In this document: positions 15,349 through 31,936 of the stretch, piece by piece
How the letters are laid out: each line of letters opens with the position of its first letter
How positions within the stretch are numbered: the first letter of the stretch is position 1
Assembly (NCBI GenBank): GCA_964016885.1
Contig: OZ024748.1
Location: forward strand, 56,110,001 to 56,174,000
Source of the DNA: Eledone cirrhosa
Lineage: Eukaryota
DNA length: 64,000 nt
Direction of reading: 5' to 3'
Notes under the pieces: model-generated
What the model saw: only the letters and a program-made list of their open reading frames with translations
Database searches by the model: none
What the model was told of the DNA's origin: nothing
Made by a program: the position numbers and the translations under genes

Positions 15349-15530
15349 ATTGCTAAATTATAAATATTATAAAACATTTGAATCTCTAAAGTATTGAGTA
15401 CTTTAATTCTTATCTGGTAGCATTGCTGGACATGTAGGGAGAGGGAGTTGTAGGTGATGGTAACGAGGGAAACTAAATGATTACTTGTATGGGAGACACA
15501 CCAAGATAGAGCCAGGGAGATATGGAGGCC

Positions 15531-15597
<67 letters not shown>

Positions 15598-15624
15598 ATA
15601 TGTATCTGTGTATACAATATGTAC

Positions 15625-15671
<47 letters not shown>

Positions 15672-15830
15672 CATATAGTAAGATTGATATCGACAGAGAG
15701 ATATATGTATGTATATATATATATATATATATATATTTATCTAATATCTATCTATATATATTTATATATGTATATATATATATATTATATATATCTATCT
15801 ACAGATACTGAGATAGACAGAAAGTGAGAA

Positions 15831-15867
<37 letters not shown>

Positions 15868-16029
15868 GGGGGAGAGAGAGAGAGACGATATATAAATAAG
15901 ATAAGAAAGGGGTGAATATAAATTAGACGAACTGTGGAGTGTAGAAACAAACAGTTGTGAGTGAATGTTAGGTTAAATATAATGTGTGAGTGTGGTTAGA
16001 ATACCCAGAGTGTAAGGGGAAAACGATAG

Positions 16030-16098
<69 letters not shown>

Positions 16099-16170
16099 AT
16101 ATATATATATATATATGTAATATATATGTATGTAATATAATATATATAATATATAATATATATGTATGTA

Positions 16171-16241
<71 letters not shown>

Positions 16242-16301
16242 TGTTCAGGTTACTAGTATTATACATGCATAAACATATATATATATGTGGTATATATGTG
16301 T

Positions 16302-16389
<88 letters not shown>

Positions 16390-16880
16390 TGTATATATAT
16401 GTATATAATATTTTATATAATTATATATTATATACCCAATCATTTATATATATATATATATATACAAGTGCGTACGTGTGTGTTTCTGTGTGTGTGGGGG
16501 GGGGGGTATGTGCGTGTGTGAGTGTTTGTGTGAGTCTGTGAGAGTGTGTGTGGTGTACATTAGCATGGTGGGATGGGAGGTGTGTGCTGATAAATTAACA
16601 TGGAATTGTTTAAGGAGAAAGAGAGAAAGAGCGAGAGAGAGTGAGTGAGTGAGAAAGAGAGAGAGAGAGACCGAGAGCGAGTGAGATGGGAGAGAGAGAG
16701 AGAGAGAGGGAGCTGGGAGGAGGGGGGGGGGGGCGAAGAGAACACAACGTAGTTAAAATGATATTTGTTGAATTAATGCATTTTTTTTTAGTAGGGCAAG
16801 AAATAGCTGAGAATAAGAGCCAAGATATAGAAACATGTAATTATATAGAATTAAAGAATGAACTACAGAGATATACATAC

Positions 16881-16961
<81 letters not shown>

Positions 16962-17000
16962 TATTATATAATTATGCATAAATTCACACAGAGACTCTGG

Positions 17001-17040
<40 letters not shown>

Positions 17041-17056
17041 TAGATACACACACTCG

Positions 17057-17139
<83 letters not shown>

Positions 17140-17142
17140 ACA

Positions 17143-17250
17143 TCCCGCCGAGGTTAACTTTGTCTTTCCACCTTGGATTCTTACGGAGGTCGATAAAATA
17201 GAGTACCAGTGATGTACTGGGGTAATTGCTAGCTAAAAGTAGAAACAATA
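17143..17250 (+). mobile_element. tRNA-derived SINE, 3' half
   Basis: tcccgccgaggttaactttg...gtcgataaaatagagtaccag...aaaagtagaaacaa. Confidence 0.75.
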
Positions 17251-17267
17251 TCTAAATACAAACATAT

Positions 17268-17326
<59 letters not shown>

Positions 17327-17365
17327 CACATAATAAATACATATATTGTTTCTACTTTTAACTAG

Positions 17366-17429
<64 letters not shown>

Positions 17430-17610
17430 TTACCTATAAAGAGAGTGGTGTGAGACATGAGCGTGTAATTAAGGTATTGCGAGAGAAAGAAGGTAGAAGA
17501 GTGATAAGTGATGTAGGCTAGGGAAGACACCCCCGAATCAAAAAATGTAGATCAAGGGAATGTGGGGTATAAAATTTCAATATCTGTGTAATTACATACC
17601 ATTAATGTAC

Positions 17611-17647
<37 letters not shown>

Positions 17648-17712
17648 AGCTTACATGTAGATTTGCGATTATGTGTGTGTTTGTTTGCGTGCATATATAT
17701 ATATATATATAT

Positions 17713-17745
<33 letters not shown>

Positions 17746-17749
<4 letters not shown>

Positions 17750-17940
17750 TATAGAACAGCTTTTTCAGGACTAGAACTGTTTCATTCGTGAGATATCATC
17801 AGGAAGGTTCCTGATGATTTCTCACGAACGAAACACTCCTAGTCCTGTAGAAGCGCTTCTATATTAACACTTTTATACTCTGCTATGTATTGAGTACCTT
17901 ACTTACTGTGGTTACCTCCGATTCAACCCGGAATAATTTA
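17746..17940 (+). mobile_element. Family A HHR element: fold-back palindrome (17746-17867) plus 3' tail, in (TA)n
   Basis: Imperfect palindrome centred at ~17806; tail with gtattgagtacc also present at 38305-38370. Confidence 0.8.
17803..17859 (+). ncRNA. Type I hammerhead ribozyme motif (family A)
   Basis: uuc CUGAUGA uuucucacgaac GAAACAcuccuaguccUGUA gaa: CUGAUGA at 17811-17817, GUA at 17847-17849; a decayed antisense twin lies at 17752-17810. Confidence 0.65.
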
Positions 17941-17948
17941 TATATATA

Positions 17949-17984
<36 letters not shown>

Positions 17985-18003
17985 CATACATACATACATA
18001 CAT

Positions 18004-18080
<77 letters not shown>

Positions 18081-18263
18081 AGTGCAGCTGAGCACTGTAC
18101 AATAATTTCATTATTTTTATTTTATTATATATAATATATAATATATATATATGCGTGTATGTGTGTCTGAATATATATGTTTGCATAGATATATATATAT
18201 ATATGCATATATAATTTAAGCCACAAAGCAAACTGCACAGTTAAATGAAAAAAAATGTACTAG

Positions 18264-18353
<90 letters not shown>

Positions 18354-18809
18354 TGTGTGTGTGTGTATGTGTCTGTGCGTGTGTGCATGTGTCTGAGTGT
18401 ATGTATATGTATATGGAAGTGGGTGTATTAATTAATGATATGTAAATATACCTTACTGAAATTCAAATACCGATAGGAATAGTGAACTATGAAATGGTTA
18501 TGATGGTAGTGATGTTGGTGTTGGTGGCGGTTGTAGTGGAAGTGGTAGTGGTGGTAGTGGTGGTGTTGGTGGTGTTAGCAGTGGTAGAGGTGTTGTTGAT
18601 GGTGGTAGATGTGGTTGATATGTGGATAGGTTACGGCAGTTTCTGTTTATTATGAAGCAATATATAATATGTGCTGAGGAAAAAATTAAAAGGTATACAC
18701 ACCTACAAACATACACACACTTAAGTTTATGTATGCATGTGTGTACGCATGTATGCATGTCTGTAAGAATGTATCTATATATACAAATGCATGTGTAGGT
18801 AAGTATATA

Positions 18810-18841
<32 letters not shown>

Positions 18842-19131
18842 CATATATGTACATAACAAATTATGAGAGGAAAGATGAATATGTATGTAAATTACTGTCA
18901 CATTTGAATATTTATATTTAAAGAGATGGATATATAGCTATATAGAGTGATAAATAGATAGTTAGACTGATAGATAAATGGTTAGATAGATAGTTAGATA
19001 GATAGAGTGATAAATAGATAGAATATATTGAGATGATAAAGCACTGTTTTTCATATACGCTCTTTGACACACACCTTCATAAGACTTTCTATAAACGATC
19101 ATCTATGTATATATGTATATTTATACATAGA

Positions 19132-19266
<135 letters not shown>

Positions 19267-19393
19267 CAAGCAAATTATAAACGTAAACATGTAAGTATAT
19301 ATATATATATATATATATATGACATATACTTAAATATACACACTCATATATATATATATATATGTATATGTGTGTGTTTATACATATACATAC

Positions 19394-19434
<41 letters not shown>

Positions 19435-19517
19435 AATATATATTCATATATATATAGAAAGAGAGAAGCAGTGATAGAACGATATCATCTGTGTATATAT
19501 GTATATTTATACATAGA

Positions 19518-19550
<33 letters not shown>

Positions 19551-19552
<2 letters not shown>

Positions 19553-19636
19553 CGAAGGAAATGTGGTGAGGATCCAGATGGACCATAACACACCAAAGTA
19601 CTCAATACTTAGGGTAGTAGAGTGGGTAATGGGAAC
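19551..19636 (-). mobile_element. Family B element tail
   Basis: aacgaaggaaatgtggtgaggatccagatggaccataacacaccaaagtactcaatacttagggtagtagagtgggtaat abutting (TA)n. Confidence 0.8.
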
Positions 19637-19880
19637 GTTCATGTATATATATAGAGAGAGAGAAGCAGTGATAGAACGAGACTGAAGCAGGCTTCTATGA
19701 GGGCCAGATATATATTGACAGATAGAAGGGTACACAGATAAATAGATATATAAATATTTGTCAGAATGTAGTCTGCAACAATGAGGTATAGACTTAATAA
19801 ACACACACACATAGTCACACACATACACACGCATGCACACGCACATGCACACACCCACATACACACCCACATACACACAT

Positions 19881-19916
<36 letters not shown>

Positions 19917-19917
<1 letters not shown>

Positions 19918-20107
19918 ACAAAGGAATTGTGGTAAGGAACCAGATGGACCATGACGCACCAGAGTACTCAATACTTAGGGTAGTAGAGTGGGAAATAGGA
20001 AAAAGTATGACCCCGACAGCAGAGCTCAAACCGTTTCGACGGCCATTTCTGGACTAAATAGTCGAGAAATAGCCGTCGAAACGGCTTGAGTTCTGCCGTC
20101 GGGGTCA
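19917..20107 (-). mobile_element. Family B element with 100-bp fold-back hairpin
   Basis: Tail as above; hairpin 20008-20107 tgaccccgacagcagagctcaaaccgtttcgacggccatttct...agaaatagccgtcGAAACGGCttgagttctGCCGTCggggtca. Confidence 0.8.
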
Positions 20108-20127
20108 GAGATACACACACAGTTGTG

Positions 20128-20158
<31 letters not shown>

Positions 20159-20167
20159 TTGTGTCTA

Positions 20168-20203
<36 letters not shown>

Positions 20204-20207
20204 AAGA

Positions 20208-20271
<64 letters not shown>

Positions 20272-21628
20272 GCGAGAATGTTATAAATATAGAGAGATAG
20301 TATCTTCAGTTAGCGAGTGACTAAATGTACGTTTGAGAAAGATATTTCCAAAAACAAAGGAGAAAAATATCAAACATCGTCTAAAAGTTGAAAGAAGCCT
20401 TTCAGACGATGAAATATTCCTACAAATAAATAACAAAAAAATAACCCCAGCATAATTTACATTACAATGCCACAAAAAAAGACATTTCTTTTTTAAAATA
20501 TGTAAAAAGAAAGAATGAAATATGAACATATCTAAAATATATAAAAAATATTTTGAGTAAAAAATACTATATAAAACTAAAATGAAAAATATATATATTT
20601 TAAGAAAAATTTAATAGTATGTAAAAACGTATGTAAAAGAACTCGTAGAGGTGTAGTGGGAGGTAAGTCTGTGAAGCGACAGAGGGGGAGTGAGTATAAG
20701 AAAAAGAAGGTGAAAACCACATAGAAAGGGGAAATATATTGTAGTGGTGGTGGTGGTGGCGGTGCTGGTGGTGTTGGTAGTGGAATAGAACTGTGGCATT
20801 GGTTGTATTGATGGTGTAATTATGACTGATGTAGCAATGATGAGGGTGGTTATGTTTATAGTGATAACGATAGTGATTACCGTGGTAAAGGTTGTTGTGT
20901 TGCTGGAAGCAGTGTGTTGCCGTTGTCTTCGTTTTATTGTCATTCATATTTGATCTTGTTGTTGTCGTTACTATTGTGGTTGTTTTTGTTATAAAGTAAC
21001 CCAAAGTCAAATTTAATCAAACATCTAAAGAAAATCTTTCCGGCTATGATCACCCCTTCCTATAATTATACATCTATATATCTACATCACATTAACTAAT
21101 GTAATTTCGATTCTTTTTAATTTTGTTTAGCCCTAGGTCAAAGCTGATCGAGCAGCTTATGATCATAGTCATTCTATCGAGGAAAATAAAACAACATAAT
21201 GTTCCTATATAAAAGGAATGCAAATTGACATTATCCAACTCATCCTTTTCTTGCAAGGAAGCGTTAGATTCGTGTGAGAGTAAGCTGCTCTTTCTAATAT
21301 GGCAAACGTGACCCTCGTTACCACGTAATATTCGAGGGTGGTGTTGTAATTTAAACATAGGTCTGCCGTGATTGAGCAACATGAGATAAGTCCTTATAAT
21401 TAAGTCCCTATCAAGTCAATACACACACATACATATATATATATACACAAACATGTAAGCGTGTCAGTATATGTTGAAATATATGTATATATATGTATTC
21501 GAAATAAGTTTCTTTTTATATATCCCACACTCGTAAAAATAGAGGAAAAAGAAACTAAGAATTTAATATATATATGTATATATACATACATATTTATAAG
21601 TGTGTGTATGTATATGTTTGTGTGTGTG

Positions 21629-21697
<69 letters not shown>

Positions 21698-21806
21698 TTA
21701 TCGTATATATATATATATTTATTTATATATTTATAAATATATATATTTATATATTTATATATATATATATATATGGGTACGTAGTACTCAGTGAGATATT
21801 TACCTC

Positions 21807-21845
<39 letters not shown>

Positions 21846-21849
21846 TATA

Positions 21850-21930
<81 letters not shown>

Positions 21931-21962
21931 TATATATATATATTATATATATATATATATAT

Positions 21963-21994
<32 letters not shown>

Positions 21995-22023
21995 ATATAT
22001 ATTTTATATATATATATATATTT

Positions 22024-22057
<34 letters not shown>

Positions 22058-22297
22058 ATATATATTTCATATATATATATATATTTTATATATATATATA
22101 TATTTTATATATATATATATATTTTATATATATATATATATATTTTATATATATATATATATTTTATATATATATATATATATTTTATATATATATATAT
22201 ATTATATATATATATATATTTTATGTATATATATTTATATATTTATATATATATATATATATATTTATACACACACACATACACATACACACACACA

Positions 22298-22355
<58 letters not shown>

Positions 22356-23112
22356 ATTTTGAAGGAGTTAGACTGCAACTGTGACGGAGCTTTGGCTACT
22401 GCATCTGGTAAAGCTAGCAGGACATGTTGTTTTTTCCGTGTAATAAGGAGTCTAGTGGAGGCGAGGGTAGTTTCGTTGCTGCTACAATGATGATTGTTGT
22501 GGTCGTAATAAGGATAAATGTTTGTCTTCTTTGTGTGTGTTTGACTGTTTATATTGGCGGAGGTTGAATGGATGTGTGACTTTAGGTTAAGAATGCAAGA
22601 GATGTAAATAGCAATAAAGTCTATATGACTATTTTTTTTTCGTAACACGGAACACTGTCTGCTGACTGATGTGACCCCCATAACAAATATATTTACAGAT
22701 AAATATGCAGACACAACTGCTATTTGGCTGTTAGGCAGTGGTACAAATACACAGACACATACCCAAATACAAACATATGACACATATACATATACATATA
22801 TACACACACATACATTAACATACACAGATCATTAAAGAGATGAGAATTTATGTATAGACACACACACATATACTTGCGCTCATAAACACAGACAAATGTA
22901 AGTATATATAGGTGTGTGTGTGTGTGTGCGTGTGTGTGTGCACGTGTGTATGTCTGTGTGTTCGTGTGTACGCATACACCCTCATTAATAATGTTCACTT
23001 ATATATAACTTGTCTATGTGAAAAAATCCCACATCTCATATATAATATTTAAATAAATAATTTATCTATATACAATTATAATATATATATACACACATAT
23101 ATATATATATAA

Positions 23113-23209
<97 letters not shown>

Positions 23210-23319
23210 TATACATACATATATATATATATAGAGAGAGATATAGATATAGATATATATACACGCAGATAAAGACACACACAGAGATATGATTTTTTTA
23301 GTATGTGTGTTTGTATAAG

Positions 23320-23404
<85 letters not shown>

Positions 23405-23655
23405 AAGATTGCAAAGTCGATTTTAAAAAAAATTTGAGGGATAATTTATTCATAAACGCTATATATACATATATCAGGGGAAAAGGTACATTGTTTGTAA
23501 AATAGGTTTGACAATATTTCACCTGCAAAGCATAGTTGCTTATTATGATACTTTTATAATTTGTTGGTATAGTCTAAAATTCTTTAATATTGAATTTCTT
23601 AGTTGTTTCTCTTCCAAAATTTTAAATTATAAATGAAAACTTACAAACACATATA

Positions 23656-23695
<40 letters not shown>

Positions 23696-24191
23696 CACAC
23701 ACACGCCCATACAAAAGCACACACACACACACACACACATTAACACACATATATATATATATATTCAATGCAAACCCTTCGGCAATGTTCAAGATATTAC
23801 AAGTGTAATAAATTATGATACATAATATTAATCACCATTATTATCATTAATATTATTATTATTATTATTATTTTATCATCATAATGTTCGTATTATCCAA
23901 AATATTGTATTTGCATTGGTGTATTCAGCAGTTATTAAAAAAATATTCACTCTTAAACATAAGAAATTGCAGTAAGAAAAATTGTTATTCTATATGGCAT
24001 AAATAGATATACATTCATTCGTATGTAAGTAGACACGTTAGACAAAATACATACATATCCTGTTTAGATATATATCTGTTTTATGTACATCCGGATATAA
24101 ATGTACATCTATAAATGTGTACATCTCTCTATATAAGTATATACAGAACTATATATATATATATATATATACATGTATACACAGACGTCTC

Positions 24192-24379
<188 letters not shown>

Positions 24380-24614
24380 TGTGTGTGTGTGTCTCTGTCG
24401 ATAAAGATATGTATGAATATAAGTATATGTGCTTATATATAATTATATGTATATATGCATATATATGTAAACACTTACATTCACAAACACTATATATATA
24501 TATATATAATGATGTTTTCCCAAAAAAGGAATTAAAAGGAACATATTCAATATGGCAAAAATCAGAATACTGATGGTAGTTTCATACGATGAAACAGTTT
24601 TCCAAAGCCATTTC

Positions 24615-24698
<84 letters not shown>

Positions 24699-25561
24699 AT
24701 ATGGATATTTGTGGGTGGGTTTTTGTATGTGTGTTTTATATTCATATCTCATTATATATATCAATATCAATATATAATTATGTATAGTTTAAAAGTGCCT
24801 ATTTTTGTGTCTCTGTGCTTGATCTCTAAATGTGAGAAATATTGTACAATATTCTGTTCGTTAATAATATATAAATATTTGATATATATTGTTGCATAAC
24901 CAAAGATGGTTCTTAAAGATGGTCATCTGGCGAATACACCTTTGTGTACTATCCTTTATCAATTACTATTTCTAAATGTTCAGGAAAAGGGCAAGATCAA
25001 GTGTTCTTAGGCAACGAAAAACAGAGGGTGAAGGGCAGTTCAAGAGACTCTATACCTAAGAATAGCTGGCGTTTAAGTAGCGGTCTGTGGAAAATAGCCA
25101 GCGAAACCAGCGGCTAATGGCCAGCTATACACGATGCAACAGGCACCCCATATTGTGGGTCTACTTCGTCATATAGGCTACTGTATTTGGCATTGTATGG
25201 AATATAATTTCGAGATAATTGTTTGGGCGTTTTAAACAGGACTGCACATTTGATGTAAATGTCATTCTTATTTTGAATAACGCAATCTGTGGCGTGGCGG
25301 GTCATTTAAATTTCAAGTGTCTTCTACCTGAAATATCTTAATATTGTCAGTACAAATTTTACCTCTTAGTGTTTCATTTCAACAGATATTTACCTGATGA
25401 TTCGATAAAATAATAAATAATTATGTGAGTGATCGCACACAGTCCTGATCCCGGAAAAAATATCAGAAATGTTCCGACTTGGAAATGCTTTAGTTTTATA
25501 AAAATATGAAATTAAAACACCTACGTTTCAAACAAGAAAAAGTAATGTATGGGTGAATGTG

Positions 25562-25629
<68 letters not shown>

Positions 25630-25638
25630 TATTCTATT

Positions 25639-25940
25639 CTAGGGCGGGTAAAATTCCCGAGATCCATGGACGAGTTTTCTCGAGCGGTCTCTGTCCCTCA
25701 TTATCGCTGCCATGTCCTGCGTCTCCAACAGACCTGTGTCTGTCCTTAGGGCATCAACATACGTTAATCTTTGGTCTTCCTCTTCCAGTGTGTCTATGTA
25801 GGGGCTCCCATTGTACGAGTCTGAGACTTGGACACTGACCAAGAAACTCACTCAGATGGTGGATGGGTGCTACACGAGAATGCTGAGGATGGCTCTGAAC
25901 ATTAATCTGTATACACAGAGGAAGAAAAACTCAGAGGTGT
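25639..25940. pseudogene. RTE-clade non-LTR retrotransposon 3' fragment with 5' inversion
   Basis: Minus 25639-25810 encodes ...[40 protein letters not shown]. Plus 25811-25940 encodes LYESETWTLTKKLTQMVDGCYTRMLRMALNI, the LLYG-ETWTL motif of the RTE ORF C-terminal region. Confidence 0.8.
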
Positions 25941-26069
25941 ATATATATATATATTAATAAAAGGAATTCCGACTTTGTCTGATATACTCGTTTTATGTAC
26001 AATCTTTTAAAATGTATGATGGTATTAGAATGAAATAGTATGGTAGAATATTAAATGTTAAGTGTTAAT

Positions 26070-26108
26070 TGAACAAGTACTTTCATGCTTTCGCAATCTT
26101 CAGGTTCA
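26070..26108 (-). ncRNA. Minimal type I hammerhead ribozyme motif (palindromic stem III)
   Basis: ugaac CUGAAGA uugcgaaagcau GAAAGUACUU guuca: stem I ugaac/guuca, stem II ugc-gaaa-gca, self-complementary AGUACU, CUU site. Confidence 0.7.
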
Positions 26109-26164
26109 TAATATGTGGTGACAGTCAAGTTTGCAATTTTCAACTTGACTGTCACCACACATTA

Positions 26165-26203
26165 TAAACCTGAAGATTGCGAAAGCATGAAAGTACATGT
26201 TCA
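26165..26203 (+). ncRNA. Decayed twin of the minimal hammerhead motif
   Basis: uaaac CUGAAGA uugcgaaagcau GAAAGUACAU guuca; the conserved U of the NUH triplet is changed to A. Confidence 0.5.
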
Positions 26204-26371
26204 ATTAACACTTAACATTTAACATTCTACCATAATATTTCATTCTAATACCATTATAAATTTTAAAGGATTGTAAATAAAACGAGTAAATCAGACAAAG
26301 TTTGAATTCCTTTTATTAATATAATCTTCTATACTCAATCATCCATACCCGTGTATATTTATCTATCAATA

Positions 26372-26404
<33 letters not shown>

Positions 26405-26613
26405 ATATATATATATATATATACAATATACAAAGCTACATAACACATGGTAATTACATATTATTATAAGTTATGGCATAAAGTTGAATCAAATCTTTTT
26501 GTTTATGCAGGAGGTTGTTCGGATCCAGAGTGGCATTTTCCCTAGAACGATGAAAATTGTTCTAAGTAGGGCAAGATATCGAGTATACACAGGGAGATAT
26601 GTATATGTATAAA

Positions 26614-26709
<96 letters not shown>

Positions 26710-26742
26710 AATATAAGTATATATAGTATATATATGTATAAA

Positions 26743-26812
<70 letters not shown>

Positions 26813-26914
26813 TATATATATATACATATATATATATATAATTATATATATACATATATATGTGTATATATGTATATATGTATGTATGTATATATATATT
26901 TAAATACATATATG

Positions 26915-26963
<49 letters not shown>

Positions 26964-27171
26964 CTATGTATATATATATATATCGATGTATATATGTATA
27001 TATATCTATATCGATGTATATATGTATATATATCTATATCTATATATATATGTATATGTATCTATATATATATATACATTATATATCTATGTATATATAT
27101 GTATATATATCTATATATCTATATCTATATATATCTCTGTATATATATATATATATATATCTATATCTCTC

Positions 27172-27253
<82 letters not shown>

Positions 27254-27412
27254 TATATATATATATAGATATATATGCATAAATATTTATATGTACATTT
27301 ATACATGTATACATATTTATATACATGCATATATGCACACATATAAATATGTATATATATATATATGTGTGTGTATAAAGATATATATATATATTTATAT
27401 ATACGTATAAAG

Positions 27413-27450
<38 letters not shown>

Positions 27451-27600
27451 ATGTGTGTGTGTGTGTTTGTTCACCAATCCCGGAGGGAAACCAAAATAAA
27501 ACTTTGATAAGATTTTTTTTAGATAAGATTTTTTTCTCATAGGAATTCTGTCCATACATTGACAGTTTCACGCCACTCGAATTCTGGTGCTTTAGTTCAA

Positions 27601-27645
27601 ATCTAGGTGTTGAAACGGCCGGAGCTCAGCCGCTGGGGTCTGGGC
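27601..27645 (+). mobile_element. Family B fragment (HHR 3' half)
   Basis: gttGAAACGGCcggagctcaGCCGctggggtc. Confidence 0.6.
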
Positions 27646-27708
27646 ACTGAATATGTTATGAATATGCATATATACATATATATGTAAATATAAATATATA
27701 TGTTATAT

Positions 27709-27741
<33 letters not shown>

Positions 27742-27831
27742 GTGAGAGAGAGAGATAAATAGATAGATATATAGATGTATATGTATATATACTTATATAT
27801 ATATATAGGGAGAGATATATATTTATAATAT

Positions 27832-27895
<64 letters not shown>

Positions 27896-27957
27896 GTGTG
27901 TGTATGTATATTTATATATATATATATATGTATATATATTTATATATATATATTATA

Positions 27958-27990
<33 letters not shown>

Positions 27991-28497
27991 ATATATTTAT
28001 TTTTATATATTTATATATTCATATATATTTATATATATAAATTTATATTTATATATATATACTTATATTTATATATATATATATTTATATATATATATAT
28101 ATATATAGATATATACATATACATGCACACACTCGTACGAGCACACACACATCCACACATACACAGGCACATATATATATATTTGTAGGTGTGGGTTTAT
28201 GAGTGAGTGTGTGTGTGTGTGTATTTGAGTATCTATTTTCTTATCTAGAAAGATATATACCAAGATGGATATATAGCTAGATCGATAGATAGATATATAT
28301 ACAAATGGGCTTTATAAACATGCCACTATGGGAGGAACACTAATTTTTATAATTGATTGCGGTGTTAAATAGACTAATTAATTACAAGAGGGTAATGAAC
28401 ATTTCATGAACACACACACCCACACACCCACACATACACACTTATACACACAGACACATATAATTTTAACTCCGTTAATTAAAAGAGTATATATATG

Positions 28498-28679
<182 letters not shown>

Positions 28680-28711
28680 AACATGTATAGGTATATACTT
28701 ACTTATATGCT

Positions 28712-28745
<34 letters not shown>

Positions 28746-28859
28746 AACATGTATAGGTATATACTTACTTATATACTTATATATATATATATTTATATAT
28801 ATATATATAAATATATATATATATGTACATATATACATATATACATATAGATAGATTTA

Positions 28860-28908
<49 letters not shown>

Positions 28909-28992
28909 ATATATTTATTAAAATAACAGATTAAAGTTTAAGCAAATAATAGCTGTTTTCACCCTGAACGGGATCTTCTGAAACTAAAAAAG

Positions 28993-29116
<124 letters not shown>

Positions 29117-29164
29117 TATGTATATATACATACATATATATTTATATATATATATATATATATT

Positions 29165-29200
<36 letters not shown>

Positions 29201-29222
29201 AATATATAAATATATATATATG

Positions 29223-29335
<113 letters not shown>

Positions 29336-29645
29336 TTTTGTGTATAAACTAGATATATACATAGAAAAATAGGTAATGATCATATATTAAATAATACATC
29401 AAACCGAATTATTGGAGTGCTTCCATATAAGACCGCATTTAAGTTTGAAGATGGCAAAAATTCATTTTCGTATGTTCATCATTAAATATATTTATTATAT
29501 TCTAATTCAAATGTGCAATATTATATATGTTTCAAAACTAAACTTCGTCCAGGCTTGATATATATGTTTGTATATATATGTATAAATATATGTATGATGT
29601 GAGTACCCATATCTATATCTATATATATATACATATATATGTCTA

Positions 29646-29732
<87 letters not shown>

Positions 29733-29793
29733 GCATAAACATATATATTTATATGCATATATATATATATACATATATATACACACACACACA

Positions 29794-29839
<46 letters not shown>

Positions 29840-29956
29840 AGTGTGTGTGTTAGCAGTGTGTGCGTGTGTGTACAACCAAGAACCTATTACCTACACAGTT
29901 TGTACTGCACTCTACGCTATTGTTTTAGTTTTTTGTTTTTAACTGATATATATGAA

Positions 29957-30165
<209 letters not shown>

Positions 30166-30307
30166 TTACATACACATATTCAAATTTCAACAGAAATATA
30201 TATTATTTCATAAATATTTATTTGAATACATGCTTTCTATTAATGTTTACACACTTATATGCATATACACACAAATCTACACACACACACACACACACAC
30301 ACATATT

Positions 30308-30407
<100 letters not shown>

Positions 30408-30756
30408 CATATATATATATACTCCAATACACACATATATAATCATAATTATATACATACATACATGTTAACAGTCTGTGTATGTTTGATTTTGTTTGTG
30501 TAATGTATTTTTTTCTATGGGCGGTGTAAAGAACTATAAGGGTGAAAATATAATGTAACAACCGAAAATAAAACGAATCTGACTAGGCTGTATACAAGGA
30601 ATTTAAAGGGGATTAATCTGTAGTGCACAGGAGTGAAATAAATCTTTTTAACAACATAAGGTTTTAAAACAAATATATGACGGCGATTATGGTCAAGAGG
30701 TGTTAGCATATGCAAGCAAAAGCTTTCGTACAGCACGGTGGTGAAGAGTATGCCTA

Positions 30757-30830
<74 letters not shown>

Positions 30831-31028
30831 TATGAATCTGAGAGATAAATTCCAAATTCCTTGTGTTCAGTCTGTGTCAGTGTATTGAATTGCTTTTTAT
30901 ATAATGTAAACCCATAGAACGATAAAATATTTCACATGAAATACATTATTGTGAAAAATGTGAATGAGAAAATGCATACGTATATATAGATATATAAATA
31001 TATGAAATCGTATGTATGTTTGGTATAT

Positions 31029-31135
<107 letters not shown>

Positions 31136-31527
31136 CATATATATATATATATGTATATATGCATATATATATGTATATATATGTATATATGTATAAATAT
31201 ATATGTACATATACATATGTATATATGTATAAATATATATATACATACATATATATATGTATGTGTGTATGTATAATTATATACAAGCATATATATATAC
31301 ATATATATATTCATGCATATATATATATGTATATATACATACATATTTATAGTTATGCCTATATATATATATATGTATGTATAAATGTATATACACATAC
31401 ATATGTATATGTATGTATACATTTAAATATACATACATATTTATATGTATGTATGCATAAATGTATATATATATATATGTATGTATGCATAAATGTATAT
31501 ATACATATATATTTATATATATGTATG

Positions 31528-31644
<117 letters not shown>

Positions 31645-31801
31645 ACACACACATTTATATATATATGTATTTATATATTCATATATGTAAAGAACGCATA
31701 AAAGCCTTATAATTGTAGATGTTATAGACGTAATACATTCTAAATTGGAATTGGACGTTGATGAAAAAAAAAATATATACATGCTTTTGTACGAACATAT
31801 G

Positions 31802-31936
<135 letters not shown>

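Larger units (their letters stand above)
25950..26370 (+). mobile_element. Family C HHR element: ~370-bp fold-back palindrome plus short tail, in (TA)n
   Basis: 25950-26130 is the reverse complement of 26142-26322 with scattered mismatches; unique tail 26323-26370. Confidence 0.85.

Noticed and set aside
18498-18620. Proline-rich ORF end
   Set aside because: Degenerate (GGT)n/(GTA)n trinucleotide repeat; the same applies to the His/Thr-rich ORFs at 20600-21010.
21130-21390. Possible dispersed repeat (ctgatcgagcagcttatgatc), also resembling 52580-52740
   Set aside because: Too diverged to define ends or class from this window alone.
22430-22510. Minus-strand GAAACUA...UAGAC half core
   Set aside because: The cleavage triplet is non-canonical and no CUGANGA box was found upstream.
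24560-24615. ctgatggtagtttc...gatgaaacag island in (TA)n
   Set aside because: Only fragments of the core on either strand; too degenerate to call.
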